Source: Azolla caroliniana
Lineage: Eukaryota; Plantae; Polypodiophyta
Length of the DNA: 64,000 bases
Reading direction: 5' to 3'
Assembly: GCA_043228905.1 (NCBI GenBank)
Contig: JBHGNT010000015.1
Coordinates: forward strand, 17,980,001-18,044,000
This document shows positions 33,271-48,292 of the stretch, piece after piece. Below the pieces are notes generated by a model, which was not told the origin of the DNA, did not search any database, and was given only the letters and a program-made list of their open reading frames with translations. The translations under genes and the position numbers were made by a program. Position 1 is the stretch's first letter. Each line of letters opens with the position of its first letter.

Positions 33271-35603
33271 ATGTCAGACACTTTCATGGACAAGTTCAAT
33301 GCAATCGGAGAGCGGATCAAAGAGGGCGGTGCAGACCTTGGCCGCAAAATGAGTGCTGGGATGAGCTCCATGGGCGAGCGTGTGAAAGACCTCTTCCAAA
33401 CAACCCCGGCAATGACCGATGCTGACATTCTGATCGAAGATGCCACGTCCGATACCCTACAAATTGATGGGCCAGATTGGAACAAGAACCTACAGATCTG
33501 TGATTCTATCAACCATGGGCCCAACCCAAGCCTGGGGTTAGAGGTGGTCCGCGCACTCAAGAAGCGGCTCAATCTCACTCCTCGGAATCCAGCTGTGCAG
33601 ATGCTCACTCTGTACCTCTTGGAGGCATGTGTGAAGAATTGTGAGAAGATGTTCTCTGAAGTGGCATCAGAACGAATGCTGGATGAGATGGTGAAGTTAG
33701 TTGACGATCCTCTCACTGCACCGAGTGTCAGAGCTAAGGCTCTCTCTCTCATTGAGTCGTGGGGAGATTCTGTTGATGAACTCCGCTACCTTCCTGTCTT
33801 CGAGGAAACATACAAGGTATGAAATTTATCCCTTCTTTAACTCTTTCTTGTCTTTAAAGAAACATATTTCATAATAAGGTATGAAATGAACTCATCCCTT
33901 ACCCTTCATGTTTTTTCGAATAAATGACTAATAACAATTGAAATGAACCCTCATCAAAGTTTCGTTGTCTTCCTGATGAAATACATGATATCTCATGCTC
34001 CCCCTAAACCCTAACCATCCAAGTCTTTTCAGGTATATGTATGAAGAGTTGTTATCCCTGCTCAATCTATTCAAGATCATTATATTGCATCATATAATTG
34101 TTTGAAATTCCATACAAATCATTGATGACCTGCCCATTGGTCGGAATCAACTATTTTGACAATAATTTTGTATGGTTCTTTTGAAAGTTTGAATGAATCA
34201 AATTCAAAATTCTGTATATCCAATTGCATAATTACATGAAATTGCACAGGAATAATCTGAAAACTATTGAACTTCTGTCAAAGTTAATTATAAATAATTG
34301 TATACTTTTCTGTAAATTCCTGTAAACCATAGGTTAATAGCTCAATTTAAGTCAATTATAACCAGCCATATAACTATGTGGCATGTAATCGGAATAGGGT
34401 CTTTAGTATCTTGTTGATATTTTTCTTTTGATATTCAATCTTTTGATATGACAGAGCTTAAAGTCAAGGGGTGTGCAGTTCCCAGGTCGAGATATAGAGG
34501 ACCTTGCTCCAATATTTACTCCACCCTCTATTTTTGCTTCAGAGACAGACTTGATTCCAGGACTTGTTGCCGTACCAGAGCCACCAGTTACCGCTCGATA
34601 CACACAGGAACAGTCAAAGGAGATTTTGGATGTGGCAACAAACTCTGTGGAGCTCCTCTCCACCGTATTATCTTCATCCCCACCACATGAAGTATTGAAG
34701 GTTCATCATTTTTCTGCACTTTTAACAATATTGTGAAAGAATTCGTATAGCAGTATGACTTTGCATGTCTTTTTTGTAACACAAGCGAGTGTACTAAAAC
34801 TTTACTACACTTTTATTGCCTTTGGTTGAGATGACATGTTTAAAGTCCTAAGATTAAAGATTAGGAAATTTCCTCGAAGATGCATGTCCCTTTTACAATC
34901 CTGTGAGAGAAGCAAATAGTCAAGAAGTTTTTGAATACTCAACTGCATTCATGGATTCTAAATTCCAATATAGTTTCATGGTCTTCAATTCAGATACTAT
35001 ATTAAGCTCTAAAGCTCAAGGGTTTAAGGACAAAAGATGAGATATGACAGGGCTAAGAATGAATACTAGAGATTAAAGGTTAATTTTTAATCCGAGAGAT
35101 AAAATATTAGGAAGTTGAAGCAATTCCTTGGTTTTCAGGAAGAGCTTACAAGCACTTTGGTGGAGCACTGTCGGCAGTCCCAATCGAATGTACAAAGATT
35201 CATCGAAGCAGGCACTGATGATGAGAAACTACTTTTCGAAGCATTGAATGTAAATGATGAGCTACAGAAAGTTATCAATAGATTTGAAGAGTTGTGTGCA
35301 ACATCAACTGTAGTTTCCAATCACTCCTCTGAGCCTGCTCTCATACCTGTTGAAGTCATGGATGAAGAAGAAGAAGAAGAAGAAGAAGAAGTTTTAGTAA
35401 GAAAAAACAGTATTAGTGAGAGTTCTTTGGTTACAAAAAGTGGTCCAAAGCCAACATCCATCACCATGGCCCATGATTCAAAGGGCGAAGAAGCTGCAAT
35501 GGCTGATTTTGACAAGATGATATTTGGTCCTTCGGGTGCACCTTCATATGATAACCATCAAGATACCACAAAAAAAAATGGCAAGGATCTTATCGACCTC
35601 TAA
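33271..35603 (+). CDS. TOM1-like (TOL) protein, VHS + GAT domains, 3 exons
   Basis: Exons 33271-33816, 34455-34700, 35139-35603. VHS motifs (EDATSDTL..PDW..NLQICD, LLEACVKNC, LIESWG), GAT motif (LLFEALNVNDELQKV), C-terminal DLIDL. Confidence 0.93.
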
Positions 35604-38600
35604 CACGATTTTCTCGCTGTTCAATCCATTTGTTAGAACCTAATGTGGCTTTGTTACTTGTATAGTAGACACTTTAACAGCACCTGAAAGTAGTGAGGTT
35701 TATAACATTAAACCGGATTAATCCAGGGTTGAATATCATTTATTTGACTGTATGCTTTTATATGCGTTCACACACCTTTAGTCTATGTGGTAAGATTGAT
35801 TGTGCATGAACTCGTTTTCAAACTTTGTGTCCATCTTTGTTTCTTCTTCCATTGACCATGTGCACATTTACGCACTTAGCTTAACGAATTAGTCACATGA
35901 AGATGTGAATTTTACTTCTGTTTCTCAGTGAAAGAATATTGAAAAAACATATTATTTGAAGTTTTGGTGGCACTTCATGAAACACATTCATGGTTTGGTT
36001 AACACAGTGAAATCAACATAGCCTCACAAATTTTTATTAACCATGGCTTTCGAGGGTTTTATGTTATGCTTCCATTTATGGTGAAGCATCACATACATTA
36101 TGTGAAGTCTGTAGTACAGCATGCAACATATCCATGAAAGATTATATAACATTATTAGTGTCCTTCAAGTTGATATCATTCCTTGAAGCATATTTATATC
36201 CCTGTTTTTGTGTACTAAAGTTTCCACATTGAAGTTTAGAAACAAGAAAAATTTATGTGTATATATCAATAATAATTCATGCCTTACTTTTGATGATACC
36301 AAAATATATATCCTTAGTAAAAAAAGATAGTTATATTGTAAAATTGGAATCTCTGTCAATCTAGGGTCAAATAAGAATCATCAATCAAAATGGATGGTAA
36401 ACTATCTAATTAGCATATGAGGCATGTTAATATGCTTCAATAAGCATATATATAATTAATATAATTAGTTATAATCAATCAATATATAATTAATCAATGC
36501 TATAGTCATAATAACAAGCATGTAAACAACAATATTTGAGCATTCTAATCAAGTTGCATGCTTTGGTAATCTCATAAAAAAGAATCAAGCTTGTTAAGTT
36601 GGATAGAAAATAAGGGCATTCAACACACCACTGAATATAAGGAGATTTATGGGCTACATTTTTTACCGCAATGGTGTGTTTTCGTAACATTGAAAATGTG
36701 AGAAATATTGTTCATGTTATCTATACATTGTTAAAATAGTAGATGTAAAAGCCTAGTTTGTGCTAGGTGTTAGGATGACAGTACCTCATAATATTCATCA
36801 ATACAATATAGACTATATATGAGAAGTTACCATATATAATTCACATGACTATGTACATGGGAGCGACCTACCAAAGTTCCACCCTTGAGTGAGAAAAAAG
36901 TGCAACTGTAATGGCCAAAAATCCATCTTGCAGCAATGAAGCACATTGATGCATGCCTTCATTTTATCTAAGATTGTGTCAAGAATCACATTACAAGTGC
37001 ACACAACATACAACGCCATATGCACTAACAAAAACCCTTTACACAAAGCTTTCTCAATCAGTGAGTCCATGCAAATTCTGAGTGATCATACATGTTCATA
37101 TTGATGGTGTATCTACAACATAAGGATGTAAACATGTCTCAGCATTGCTTATCAATTTTTCCTATAGCCATGTAATAGGAACATTGCATTAGATCAAACA
37201 AGAAGTGTGACTATGTTGATCATCTCCATCTTACATGATGAGATTTTTCATTATCTCCCCAAAAACAAAGACGAACATAGACTTAAGGTATTTGAGGCGT
37301 CTTTCTTAAGACACCATGAAACTACCCATACATGACAGATATTAGTTAATGGTCCTAAACCCATAAGCTCCAAGATTGTCAACAAAATAGAGCCATAATA
37401 TTCACTTAATAGTTGGTGAATTCCTATTCCCACATTTGAAAATGAATTCCTACCCCCACAATATGCAGGATACGCAAATATAGTGATTACTTTTTAACAA
37501 GTTGGAATATGAATTCCAACTCCCACAACATGCACAATTTCCAACACAGTGATTCCAATGTCTTGCAGGAGTTGGAATATGACTTCCTACTCTTGTAAAA
37601 TACTCGATTCCCAAAATGCAACGACAATTTTCAAAATAAGTTGAAAATGCAACAGCCAAACAATGCACATATCATGAACAAAGTATAATATTGATAAATG
37701 TGATAAGATGTACACAAATTGTACATCACAAATAATTCATTGCTTTGGTCAACAATTGGGGACCACAATATAATGGTCAAACTCCAACAAAAAACTGTAT
37801 TAAACACGTACACTACTTGAAGCCCGTCATCATTGCACTCATCCTTTATTGCCATGCAGAAATTAATGAAACAATTTGTATCCCCAAAACCACTAGTTTC
37901 ATTCAGTTTGGCAATGTCATAGAGGTATGGCACAAACAGCATTTATAACCATCTACATCTATGGTCACAAACCATACTTGTGACAAATTACACAGTAATT
38001 AATACGGCAGAAATCAATTATCTATCAATATAATATCTATGAATGCCAACCCTTACCAATCAACCAAATAATGTGACACCTTACCCTTCTCCCCTTTCAA
38101 TAAAAGGACTTGGATAAACAATTTGGAACAAAATCACGAAAATACAAATGATTTTGACACTTTATTAATATATGAGAAATATTCACAACCTCCTACCTCT
38201 TGGTCTGTATCTTCTTTATAACAAATAATGAAGTTGAATTTTTCCAAATTGAAGCAAAATCTCTAGTATTTTCAATTGAAGGTCCAACATACTCTTACAA
38301 GGACACCAACCTCTTTTAAAGTGGTAAAGCTTTAATGCAATAAAGCAACCACTTGAAGCTTTTGACCAAATAAATGTTGCAAAATATGCTGCAATTAGAA
38401 GCTTGCGTATTATTCAAACTGCAGCTTATTGGGAAAAGAATTGTTAAACAAAAGGGTAAAGTGAAGGTCATGTTCAAGAATATTATGGAAGGAAGCAAAT
38501 TTCGATCTGAATAAAAAATTGGTCAATCTAAGTGGACAATCTTTTGCACCTGAGATAGATCACACTGGAAAGTGTGAAATATATAGCTGTGAGCTTCTAA

Positions 38601-38924
38601 ATTGTGGGCTTTCTGCCATCATCATCAAAGTAAAATGTACATATTACTATCGCATTCACTGATGACATTTACAAAACTCCCCTCAAGTCCCTTCCTTCTA
38701 AAGGTGCATCAGGCTTTTTATAGGTTCCACACCTTGGGAAAAAAGCTTGTTGCGATTATAGCTAACCATATATTCACAGCTTCAAGAAAATATATATGGA
38801 CCCAAACACAGCTGGGATGATACAAACCAGATATATAGCATGAGTATGTTTAGCACAGCTCTACTGACCTCTTTTAATTTTCCAAAACAAGTACTGGGTG
38901 ATGGGAGTGTTATTAATTGGTGCC

Positions 38925-41900
38925 TCAAAACTCATCCTCTGTGATATTTGGTTTAGACGGGAACTCCAGGCCATGTAAGGCCGATATTCTTCTCAGATCT
39001 TCTTCAGCGTATAATGGAATTGGCCAGTATAACTTCCGTGCTCCGAAAACCTGCCATGCACATACATAAACAAGACATTACATGCTAAAGCACAATGTGA
39101 AATCATTGAATTTATTTGTCCATTAAATTAAATTTACAAACATGGTGCAGGGGGAAAACATATGCTTTATGATCTTCAGGTTTTGGGTAAGTCTAACACA
39201 ACAAGCCTATCACTTTTGTAGAAAGCATTCATGTTTAGTTCGAGATCAGAACACTAACACTTTTCTCCTAACAAATGTCTTTATAAACCAAGTTTGAAAG
39301 GATCGCATTCTCTTAAAAATGGTGTAAACCTACTAAAATGTGCTTACACGTTTCAGCACTACGTCTGGTATTCCAGGAAATACAGAAAACGAATTTGTAC
39401 ACTGCAGATTTTACAAACCTGTTCAAAATTCCTTCTCCGGCCCAAATCGTATTTCCACCTTACTGACGCCTTCTTTTCATATGCCTGTAAAGCCCATCAA
39501 GGACTCAAATCAATTATTTTCCTTCTTAATATTTAGCCCCATTTATGACAAATTGAAAATAAAAAATACAATAACCTCAATTGTGGTAGTATTAGCTGTC
39601 ACCAAAGATGCGTGCATAATTAAGAATCCAAGCACACTCAAAGAAAAAGCCAAATTCAAAACTGCAAGAGAAATAATGAAAGCTCTTGTTAAAGAAGTAA
39701 AATATGTAAAACTTCCATCTTAAAATGAAGCAAAATTTGGATACTAACCAAATCCAAGAAAAGTGGCAGCAATTTCCCCTCCAGATCCGGAATCTTCTTC
39801 TACATCACTGAAAAAGGCTATGAATCGAGGGAGCAATGCCAAAGCAACCAATGTTGTCTCCAAAAATGTATATACCTGCATCAAGATTCCACATCTCATG
39901 CGAATGTTGGTTCTTAAATTCTTGGCAGACTGGATTTTGGCAATGCAACTTCATTACAAGGTTCATAGCAAAAGCACCATCTAGAGTATCCAGTATGATG
40001 ACCATGATAATCGGGTCCAAAGAAACCCTCTCATAGAATAAGTGTTCACCTGATTTATGTTCTAACCAGAGAACTACTTCAAAGAGATCAGTATGCAAAC
40101 CAGCATGTGAATGCAATAGACTATCGGCGTGTGCATGCACAGCCTGCCTCTGGAAATAAACAGCCCAGAGACTAATATCCAGAGAACAACTGCAAGTTCA
40201 AAACCAACCCACAAATGCATGATTAAGTAAAGCATGCAACCAATGGCATAACTGTGGGAATGGCACCTCGCTGACTAATCAAAATCTGTCTAATAATCCA
40301 CATAGTATACAAGAAGAAAGATGCCATGGCATCTAGCAGTGGAGGCTCCAAGAGTCACAACTACTCTTGAGAATCCCAAACTATGAGGCAGACAGGGCAG
40401 CTCAAAATACAAACACCACTACAACAATGTCTGAGTAATTGGTTACTTGCCGGTCAGTTTATCAAAAGAACCCACCACCTGAATTTGGAACCAAGATAAA
40501 ACATCATGGTCGTTATCAACACTGCAATAAAAAAAATGCAGACAGAACCAATTCAAGGGATCTACAGTGATGATGAAGTGCTGATAAAAGATGAGAACAG
40601 GAGCATGTGACTCCTCAAAAGAAAATCTACCACCCAGAGGATAAAATATCATCAGGAAGACATCAGGCAGGAGAGCATCTGCCCATGTGGGAATAATAGT
40701 GCCATCTTCATAATGCAGGGGGGAAATCCCAAGCAATATCATGGTGCTATGTAATACATAATAAAGCCAGCATAAGGGAGAGATAGGATTGTGAGCTCAG
40801 TTATATGGCAAACAGACCTCATGAGAGAAAACTGAAGCCAAATATGTGCGTCAGTACAGTTCCGAAAGATTCTTGATCCAACAGCAGGGTAACTCATCCC
40901 CAACAAAAGAAATCCCTGCTAATTCTATCATATGCCTTCTCAAAATCCGTGTTCATTTCAAGTTGATCAGCAAGTTACAAATAATTCTATCCTTCATTTA
41001 AGTAAATAAATCCTAGTGTGTTGTGTAAGTATCTTAAGTTGCTCATTAATACAAAAATTCAACAGCTCTTCTTTAGGTTTATGCAAATAAATCTTAAATT
41101 TTTTTTAAAAGGTTTTTTCCATTTTATCTCAAAATTTTGGAAACTCTTTTCTTCTGTTAGATTTCCCCCTTCAGCTCTGAGCCAACCAATCATAAATCCC
41201 TGGTTTCAACGCATATAATAATTATAGGGATTTTTTGATGATGTTCATACCCAATCAGATAGCTTGGGAATGTGCCATATATTAGAGGCCACAGAACTAA
41301 TGCATCATGAAACCAACCCATGGGCTCAAGGGCTGTTAAATTATTCCTAGTCTCATCCTAGATACCAAACTCAAATCTAAGCAATGATCACAGACAATTA
41401 TTAGTTCATATTACTCATGTAAATTCTGTATGCTACCATGACTCAAACATCACATGATTTGCAAGTGACACACTAAATGATTTTCAAGCAACAAACTAGT
41501 ATTAGTATGATGTTAAGAGCATCGAGAATATCCATTACTAATAAGCCAATTGCGTGAAGCACAACTTGCCAGAAGTTAGGCTTCTAAAATTTATTATGAC
41601 CACATTCTATACACTGCTTTCATTTGTACTGTCAATCCATCCTTTCACAAAGAACCCAAATCCTTTTTCTTAATGTTTGTCCTGATAAATGTCATTTCAC
41701 AGTTTCCCACAAATGCATATTTGATCATGAATTCTTCAAACAGAAATTATATTTCACTAAAACATGGTTCTCATAGCTACCATTTCCTTAACAGCCAAAA
41801 CTGCTTACCAAGAACAAGAGGAAAAACTTGTAATTGCGAGCACCAACACAATTCACCACCCAAACACAATGGTGATCCATCTTCAGAATGCATCGTCCAC

Positions 41901-44900
41901 CTGAAAAGCACAGTGAAATCTTACATTGCGGATTTTCAAGATCATGCATTACTGGACATAATGCTGAGCACTTACATACATTTCAGTATTTTTATACTTA
42001 AAGTTCAGGCTATGGAATGTGTCATGCCCCAAGCATAAATATGGAAAAATAAAAGTAAAATATAAGTATGTGGAGATGTGTATGACTGCAGAAACAATAT
42101 GCAGATGTAAAAAGGCAGTTTACATTAAGAAATGTATATTAATGTCTGGATGTTACAAAAGACGAAGGTAGTTGTTTAAAAATGCATATTACCACAGCCA
42201 GTTACCAGAACTATCATGGACTTTAGGTGTCAACAAAAAACATATTTCTAATGCACTATTGGCTGCCAACTTGAATGCAAGTTGGAAAATGTGGAACAAA
42301 GGCTGCTCAATTTTTTAGAACATTCTGGAGAGAAAGGCCTGGTGTACTGCAATTGAATAGCAACATTCAAGCTAGTTTTCCAGCCTAAGACAGCTGAACA
42401 CCTGCAGGATAGAAAAGTGTGCGCAAAACATGCATTGTTGAACATAGTTAGTTTATGAGACAGAAAGGGACAGTGATAAAATTAGAGCAAGACATTTGCA
42501 CCCACATGACCCTTCATACACAAATGAAGAGTGATGTATTAACTTCCAAACATACATCGCTCATAAGGGCTTAAGGATATCCTTCATTCATGTCCCAAAT
42601 GCATTGAATTTCCCAACATATGATTTGCAGAATAATGATTGTACTATGCTTCACAACTATCACATCTATTGTTTCCAAATCTATCATTGAGAAAAAGTTA
42701 TGAAATAGAAAAAAACTTAAGTAGGAGACATACAGACTGAACAGTGATGACATCGTTGGGGCTTGAAATGACCGCATTTTTTGCACATGCGGACTTTGGG
42801 GGGCTGCTGCACCGATAATGCATTGACTCCATTTCCAGGTTGTGCAATTGATGATGCTAGAGGAACAGTCTCTGCTTCTAGGTCCTCCATTGTAGATGGC
42901 TTCCATTCTTGTGGCACACTCCCAGGATCAGTCACCACCACAGAGAAGTAGCACCACAGCAGCATGAACAGCTACATCCACATTCAATTAAAAACCTCAA
43001 ACATAAACCACAAAGCTAAAGAAGGATAAAAAAGAACAAGCATTATAAAATGCGAATCTTTATTAATGTAAAATCTACATTCTGGGATGTTTGGATTTCA
43101 CTCCTTCCATGATAATCTTGAAATCACTAATGTCTCTAATCATATATCACATTTGCCTGCATTCAACTATTTTCTAAACACAAGTCTAGGCTTCATGAAG
43201 ATTTGGATAGCTTACACTCTTATATGCCAAAGACTTTTTATTGCAATAGCAGGTGTTTTCTGGAGAATGTTCAGGACAGACAGCAGGTCTTAAAATATAA
43301 AACCACATGCACTCTAAATTCTACATTGAAAACCTCGACTCATTAACAAAGGCTACCATAACTTGCCCATGTGAAGATCACAAGTTGCACCTACATTTGT
43401 ACATTATTAGAGGGTAGTAAGTTTAATAATATGCAAGTGAGAAAAATAAATATTTTGGCTGCACATTTGCATCCTTGAAAACTGTCTTCTCCTCCTGCTT
43501 CTACCTACACATCTATCAGCCAGTTAGACCTCTCGTTTATCTTTGAACTGGGATTTCCATTAACTGTACAAAAGTTCCATAAAAATGTCATGTAGATTAA
43601 TTCTCAGAATAATACAGATTCCAACAACTTCATATATATCAGCCAGTTAGATCTCTCTTTTAACTTTAAATAGGTCTTTCTATTAACTTTACGAAAGCTC
43701 CATCAAAAGTGCAATGAGGCTTAAATTTAAAAGCAGTATATACCAAATCCTGGAATGTCATTCCTAACCCCTTTGCACACTTCTGTAGAGCTCATCATCT
43801 TCCTCAAAATAGGAGTCATATACAGATTCGAGCAAGCTTTGTCTAGTTTCCTATATCTCATCATTCACTAAAATATATATACAGTTTACAACACATATTC
43901 TGATCATTGGTGACAATTGTATATTAAATGTACAGCCTTTTCTATTTGCTTTCTACCGAGAACTTGTAGTGTTCATGCTATACTTAAATATAAATTGCAA
44001 ACAAATGAGAAACTGCCATTTATCCTCAACTTCCTTTTCTGAGTTACTTAATATATTAGCCAAACCCATTATGATACAGTTGTAAAACAGTCATGACCCC
44101 TATATTCTTTGCTTAAGAAAATGACAAGTCTATAAGAAATCTCAATTTATACCTGAAGATAGAAACTACTTAAATTTTGCAAGTAATTGCATGTATTTCC
44201 ATCTTGGGTCATGATATACTTAAAAGTTTGCAAATACACGAGGAACCTCCCAAATTCCCTCCTCCAATTGCTAAAATATTTGCACCCCAATCACAACCCA
44301 TATTGATCAATTCATTAGCTAATTTGCCAGAGTTAACATTTAATAATAAGGCATGCTAACTGAAGTGATTTAGTTGCCTATTTAGCACTCATTTCTCCAC
44401 GTTATTGCACATTGGCATAAATATTAGGAGCATGCAAAAAAATTACCAGTAAATGGTGAGCAGACTACTCTCATAAGCCTATCAACATCTAAAACGGGGT
44501 TTTACTAACCCCTGAGAGAAAGTTTAGATTTTCTAAGCCAGACAAGGACCTTACCTTTACTGACATTAAAGTGTTACATGTCCTTGATAGGACTACTAAA
44601 TTCACAAAATGCGCCTGAGATTCTTATCGCTACGATGGACATCTCAAGCAAGATTTTACTGATACCCGAGGGAGGTTTATAAAGTCAGGTCAGGAATAAT
44701 TACCAGGACAATCTACCTTTAGTAAAATTTCAACATGAAATCTATGATTGTATAAAATCAGTGATTCCTTCAATGAGCGTCACTTATCAGATCCATATAC
44801 ATTACATAAAAATGATCCCTTTGTTCTCATAGTTCATAATTGAACTCCAAAGATGATAATAAAACCTCTCACTTGACATCTCAAGCAAGATTTCATTGAT

Positions 44901-46509
44901 ACCCAAGGGAGGTTTATAAAGTCAGGTCGGGAATATTTACCAGGAGGGCATGAGAATCTACCTTTAATAGCATTTCAACGTGAAATCTACGATTGTATAA
45001 AATCAGTGATTCCTTCGATGAGCCTCACTTATCAAATCCATATACATTACATAAAATGACCCCTTTGCTCCCATTGTTCATGATTGAACGACAAAGAAGA
45101 TTACAACCTCTCACTTTCGTACTCTTTTCGTGAAAAAGAAATACATAATACAACGCTAGAAGGATACTCAGAAAAACACAAAGCAAGCATAGATCTTTAA
45201 CCACTGTACTTCTTGAAGAAACATCTAAGAAGCAAGCAAGGTTTACATACAAAAAATGGGATGTCCCTGATGTGATGAATCAGAATCAATGAGGAAAGCA
45301 TTACACATCAGCCAACTATGCCTCCCTTTTACTTCTTTAAAGAGCAATTGCTCATACTTACAAAGTCTGAACCACCAGAAACCTAGAGAACAATACATTT
45401 TCCTTACGAAACCTAGAGAAAAATGTGTGGACACAATCGCCATCAGACAATCTCTCTAATCCGTAAACAGAGCTATAATCTCATAATTGAGACTGGGGCA
45501 TGGAGAGTCCAACAGAGTATATCACATATCATACCCTATAAACAAGCACCTGAGATGAAAACCACGTTATACTACAATCAAAAGTATATGCCACTATCAA
45601 GCATGCTTTAACCCTCAATCACTGAATGTACCATTCTCATACAACAACTCCAAGATAGCCATCACTTGTAAAAATCTCACCACCCTCAATAGTGGACAAC
45701 CTTGTAACAGTTTGCTCATTCTCATAGGTCATTTAACAAGCCTCCTGAAAATAATAATAGATTTTCATCATCTCTCTCCATTGTGTGGATGACAGTTCAG
45801 TGGCGCCCATTTTATACCAACATCATTATTATCATCCTTGATGACTAGCATTATTGCATTTCCTTCTCCATGGTATATTTGGCCTCATAGGTCAATTTGG
45901 TTTTTCAAAGATATTCATATAGGATCTCCTTCCATTCTCTGATATTGATCGCAGATTCTGCATTCCATTCTCGACAATGACTACATGCATCATCACATTT
46001 CTTTTCAAACGGTAACCTTAAACCCTGGGATCATTTTGGCTACTTGATGCTTTTCACATTGGCTTTCATTTTACTTGTCAAATACCTTGCTCCATTAGGT
46101 CATTTTGGTCTTTCAACAATGTTCACATCACAATTATTTCTCAATTACCTTAGTCTAATAGTTCATGTAGGGTCTGACGCACTAAATTGACAAAAGAGTT
46201 AGAATCTGAGGGTAGATCGAAACAACAATAAGAAAGCAAAGGGAAAGAACCAGAGATCTAGGTGTGAATGACCAAACAACTGCAGAATAGAGAAGTATGG
46301 TGATGACTTACCAAGGAATGGAAGAGAATGAGGATGAGAAGAGAGAAGACAATGTCATGGAGAGATGAAGACGGCAGCATCAGTCGAGGGAGGTATGTGG
46401 CGATGACAACAGCATAGTAAGAGAGCGAGACAATAGCGAGGACAACAAGGATCATCACCGACCCCACAATCCGTAAACCTGTACACAGTTTGAAGACGTT
46501 CCACGCCAT
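38925..46509 (-). CDS. DHHC-type protein S-acyltransferase (PAT12-14-like), 7 exons
   Basis: Exons 46509-46312, 42971-42734, 41900-41809, 39875-39749, 39661-39576, 39484-39419, 39050-38925. Motifs [61 protein letters not shown]. Confidence 0.95.
44638..45115. repeat. ~237-bp diverged tandem duplication in PAT intron 1
   Basis: GACATCTCAAGCAAGATTT...AACCTCTCACT occurs twice (44638-44873 and 44875-45115). Confidence 0.9.
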
Positions 46510-46822
46510 TCCTTCTTTCTTTCTTCTTCTTTCTTTCTTCTTCTTCCTTTTTTGTTCTTATTACGATTCTTCCTTCTTCCTTCTTCTTTCCTTTCTCTCC
46601 TTCCTCCTTTCTTCTCTATTCCTTCTTCTTGCTTCTCCGTTTCTTTATTCTTTCTTCTCTATTCCTTTCTGTCGTCTCTGTTCCTTCTTACTTCTTCATT
46701 CTCTGAACCTTCTTCTTCTTCTTCTTCTTCTTCTTCTTCTTTCTTGATCTCTGTGTATCTCTGTCTCCTGGCTGTGCGTGTGCCTGTCTTCTCTTCCTTC
46801 TCAGAAGGAAGACCAGCAGAGC

Positions 46823-46865
<43 letters not shown>

Positions 46866-46869
46866 GAGA

Positions 46870-47507
46870 TAGCCCAATGGAGACTCTAGGTAGAGGTCAT
46901 GGGTTCAAGCCCTACTTTCCACAAACAGTGGCTATCTAGTGAAATAAGAGATATCTATGGACTAGTAGAGAGGTAAGAAATTTGGGTTTCCAAACCTAAG
47001 TGGCTATCTAGTGAAATAAGAGATATCTATGGACTAGTAGAGAGGTAAAATAATTGGGTTTTCAAACCTAAGTGGCTATCTAGTGAAATAAGAGATATTT
47101 ATGGACTAGTAGAGAGGTAAGATAATTGGGTTTCCGATCATAGTGTAATGACTTACCACCAGGGTAAGCTAATTTAAGAGATAGTGAGAGAGATATCATC
47201 TATGGAGTCATAGAGAGGTGAGAAATTAAGTTCGTAGTGTAATGATGTACTAGTATGGTAAAGCTAATTTAAAAGAGAGAGAGAGAGAAAGAGAGAGATC
47301 TATGAAGTCATAGAGGTGAGAAATTGGGTTTCGAACCTAATATGCACATGCTAGTAGTCTGATGACTTACCATTAGGGTAAGTTAATTTAATATATATAT
47401 ATATATATATATGGAGTCATAGAGAGGTGACAAATTGGGTTTCAAACCCAAGATAGTGTACTAATAGTGTAACAACTTACCACTAGGGTAAGCTAATTAC
47501 GATAAAA
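46870..47507 (+). mobile_element. Putative tRNA-derived SINE with internal 71-bp tandem amplification
   Basis: A-box-like TAGCCCAATGG (46870), B-box-like GGTTCAAGCCC (46902), 71-bp units at 46929/47000/47071, A-rich tail. Homologous to 49521-49676 and 53830-54073. Confidence 0.6.
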
Positions 47508-47582
47508 GAGAGAGAGAGAAAGATGATTTTGTTGTAATTCGCCCAGTACTCCCTTCTTCCCTCGCCTGTTCTTGGTTATATC

Positions 47583-47613
<31 letters not shown>

Positions 47614-47618
<5 letters not shown>

Positions 47619-48292
47619 ATTGATTGATTGATTAACATCTCTAAAGACCAATTTTGCACCCAATCATCGAAAATAAAAATCAAATAAACATAGATAAAAT
47701 AGTTCTAGCATTGTACAACAAAAGGTGTTATCGTGTAACATGTTCTATAAAGAACGTGTCTATGTGCTAGACCTCGTTTCATTTCCATCCAAGTTTCTTG
47801 AAAAGGAGCAGGATGTCAAATGGTTTCGATGTGGGTGTGGTTTGTGGTTCCACTATGAAAGATCTCCCAACTATAGCTTCTAAGTGGTGTAATTCATGTC
47901 CCCTTCTCTTCTTAATTGCTTCTACACGAGTGACTTTGAGTCCCGACATCCGAGGGAAATTGGTTGTTCTTTGGTTTTCTGCTTCATCGAGAGAGAGGTT
48001 GAGTGGTGTAGGTGCGTCCACGCTTATCGTCCTCACCTGTACTTGGAAAATTTCATTGGTTACATGTTGGTGAATATTAGAAAGGTTATGGTTAGCATTT
48101 TGTAGCTCATTCTCTCTATGTTGTTTTGGCTCTAGGATATATCTGCCCTGTTTCTTTAAATCACGGGTATCTAATAGTTTTGAGAGGGTCCTAGTATGTC
48201 TTGGTATTTTGCACTTATCTTAACATAAGTTACACACTTGCATGTAAAGTGATACTCATCCTCCATCTCTACGTAACATAATCTACATAATC
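47614..48292 (-). mobile_element. 3' fragment of an RTEX-like LINE related to 14575-20190, with an (ATCA)n tail
   Basis: EDEYHFTCKC and DEAENQR...PFD..LLF..LGWK shared with ORF 14715-15899. (GATT)n at 47614-47632 abuts (GA)n. Confidence 0.85.

Noticed and set aside
36800-38820. Short ORFs between the TOL and PAT genes as an additional gene
   Set aside because: No recognisable motifs or consistent exon chain; possibly an old remnant but unsupported.
39900-40800. Possible highly decayed RTEX-like 3' fragment in PAT intron 3
   Set aside because: Only faint motif traces (ARCHGI...CILC); too weak to call without an alignment.
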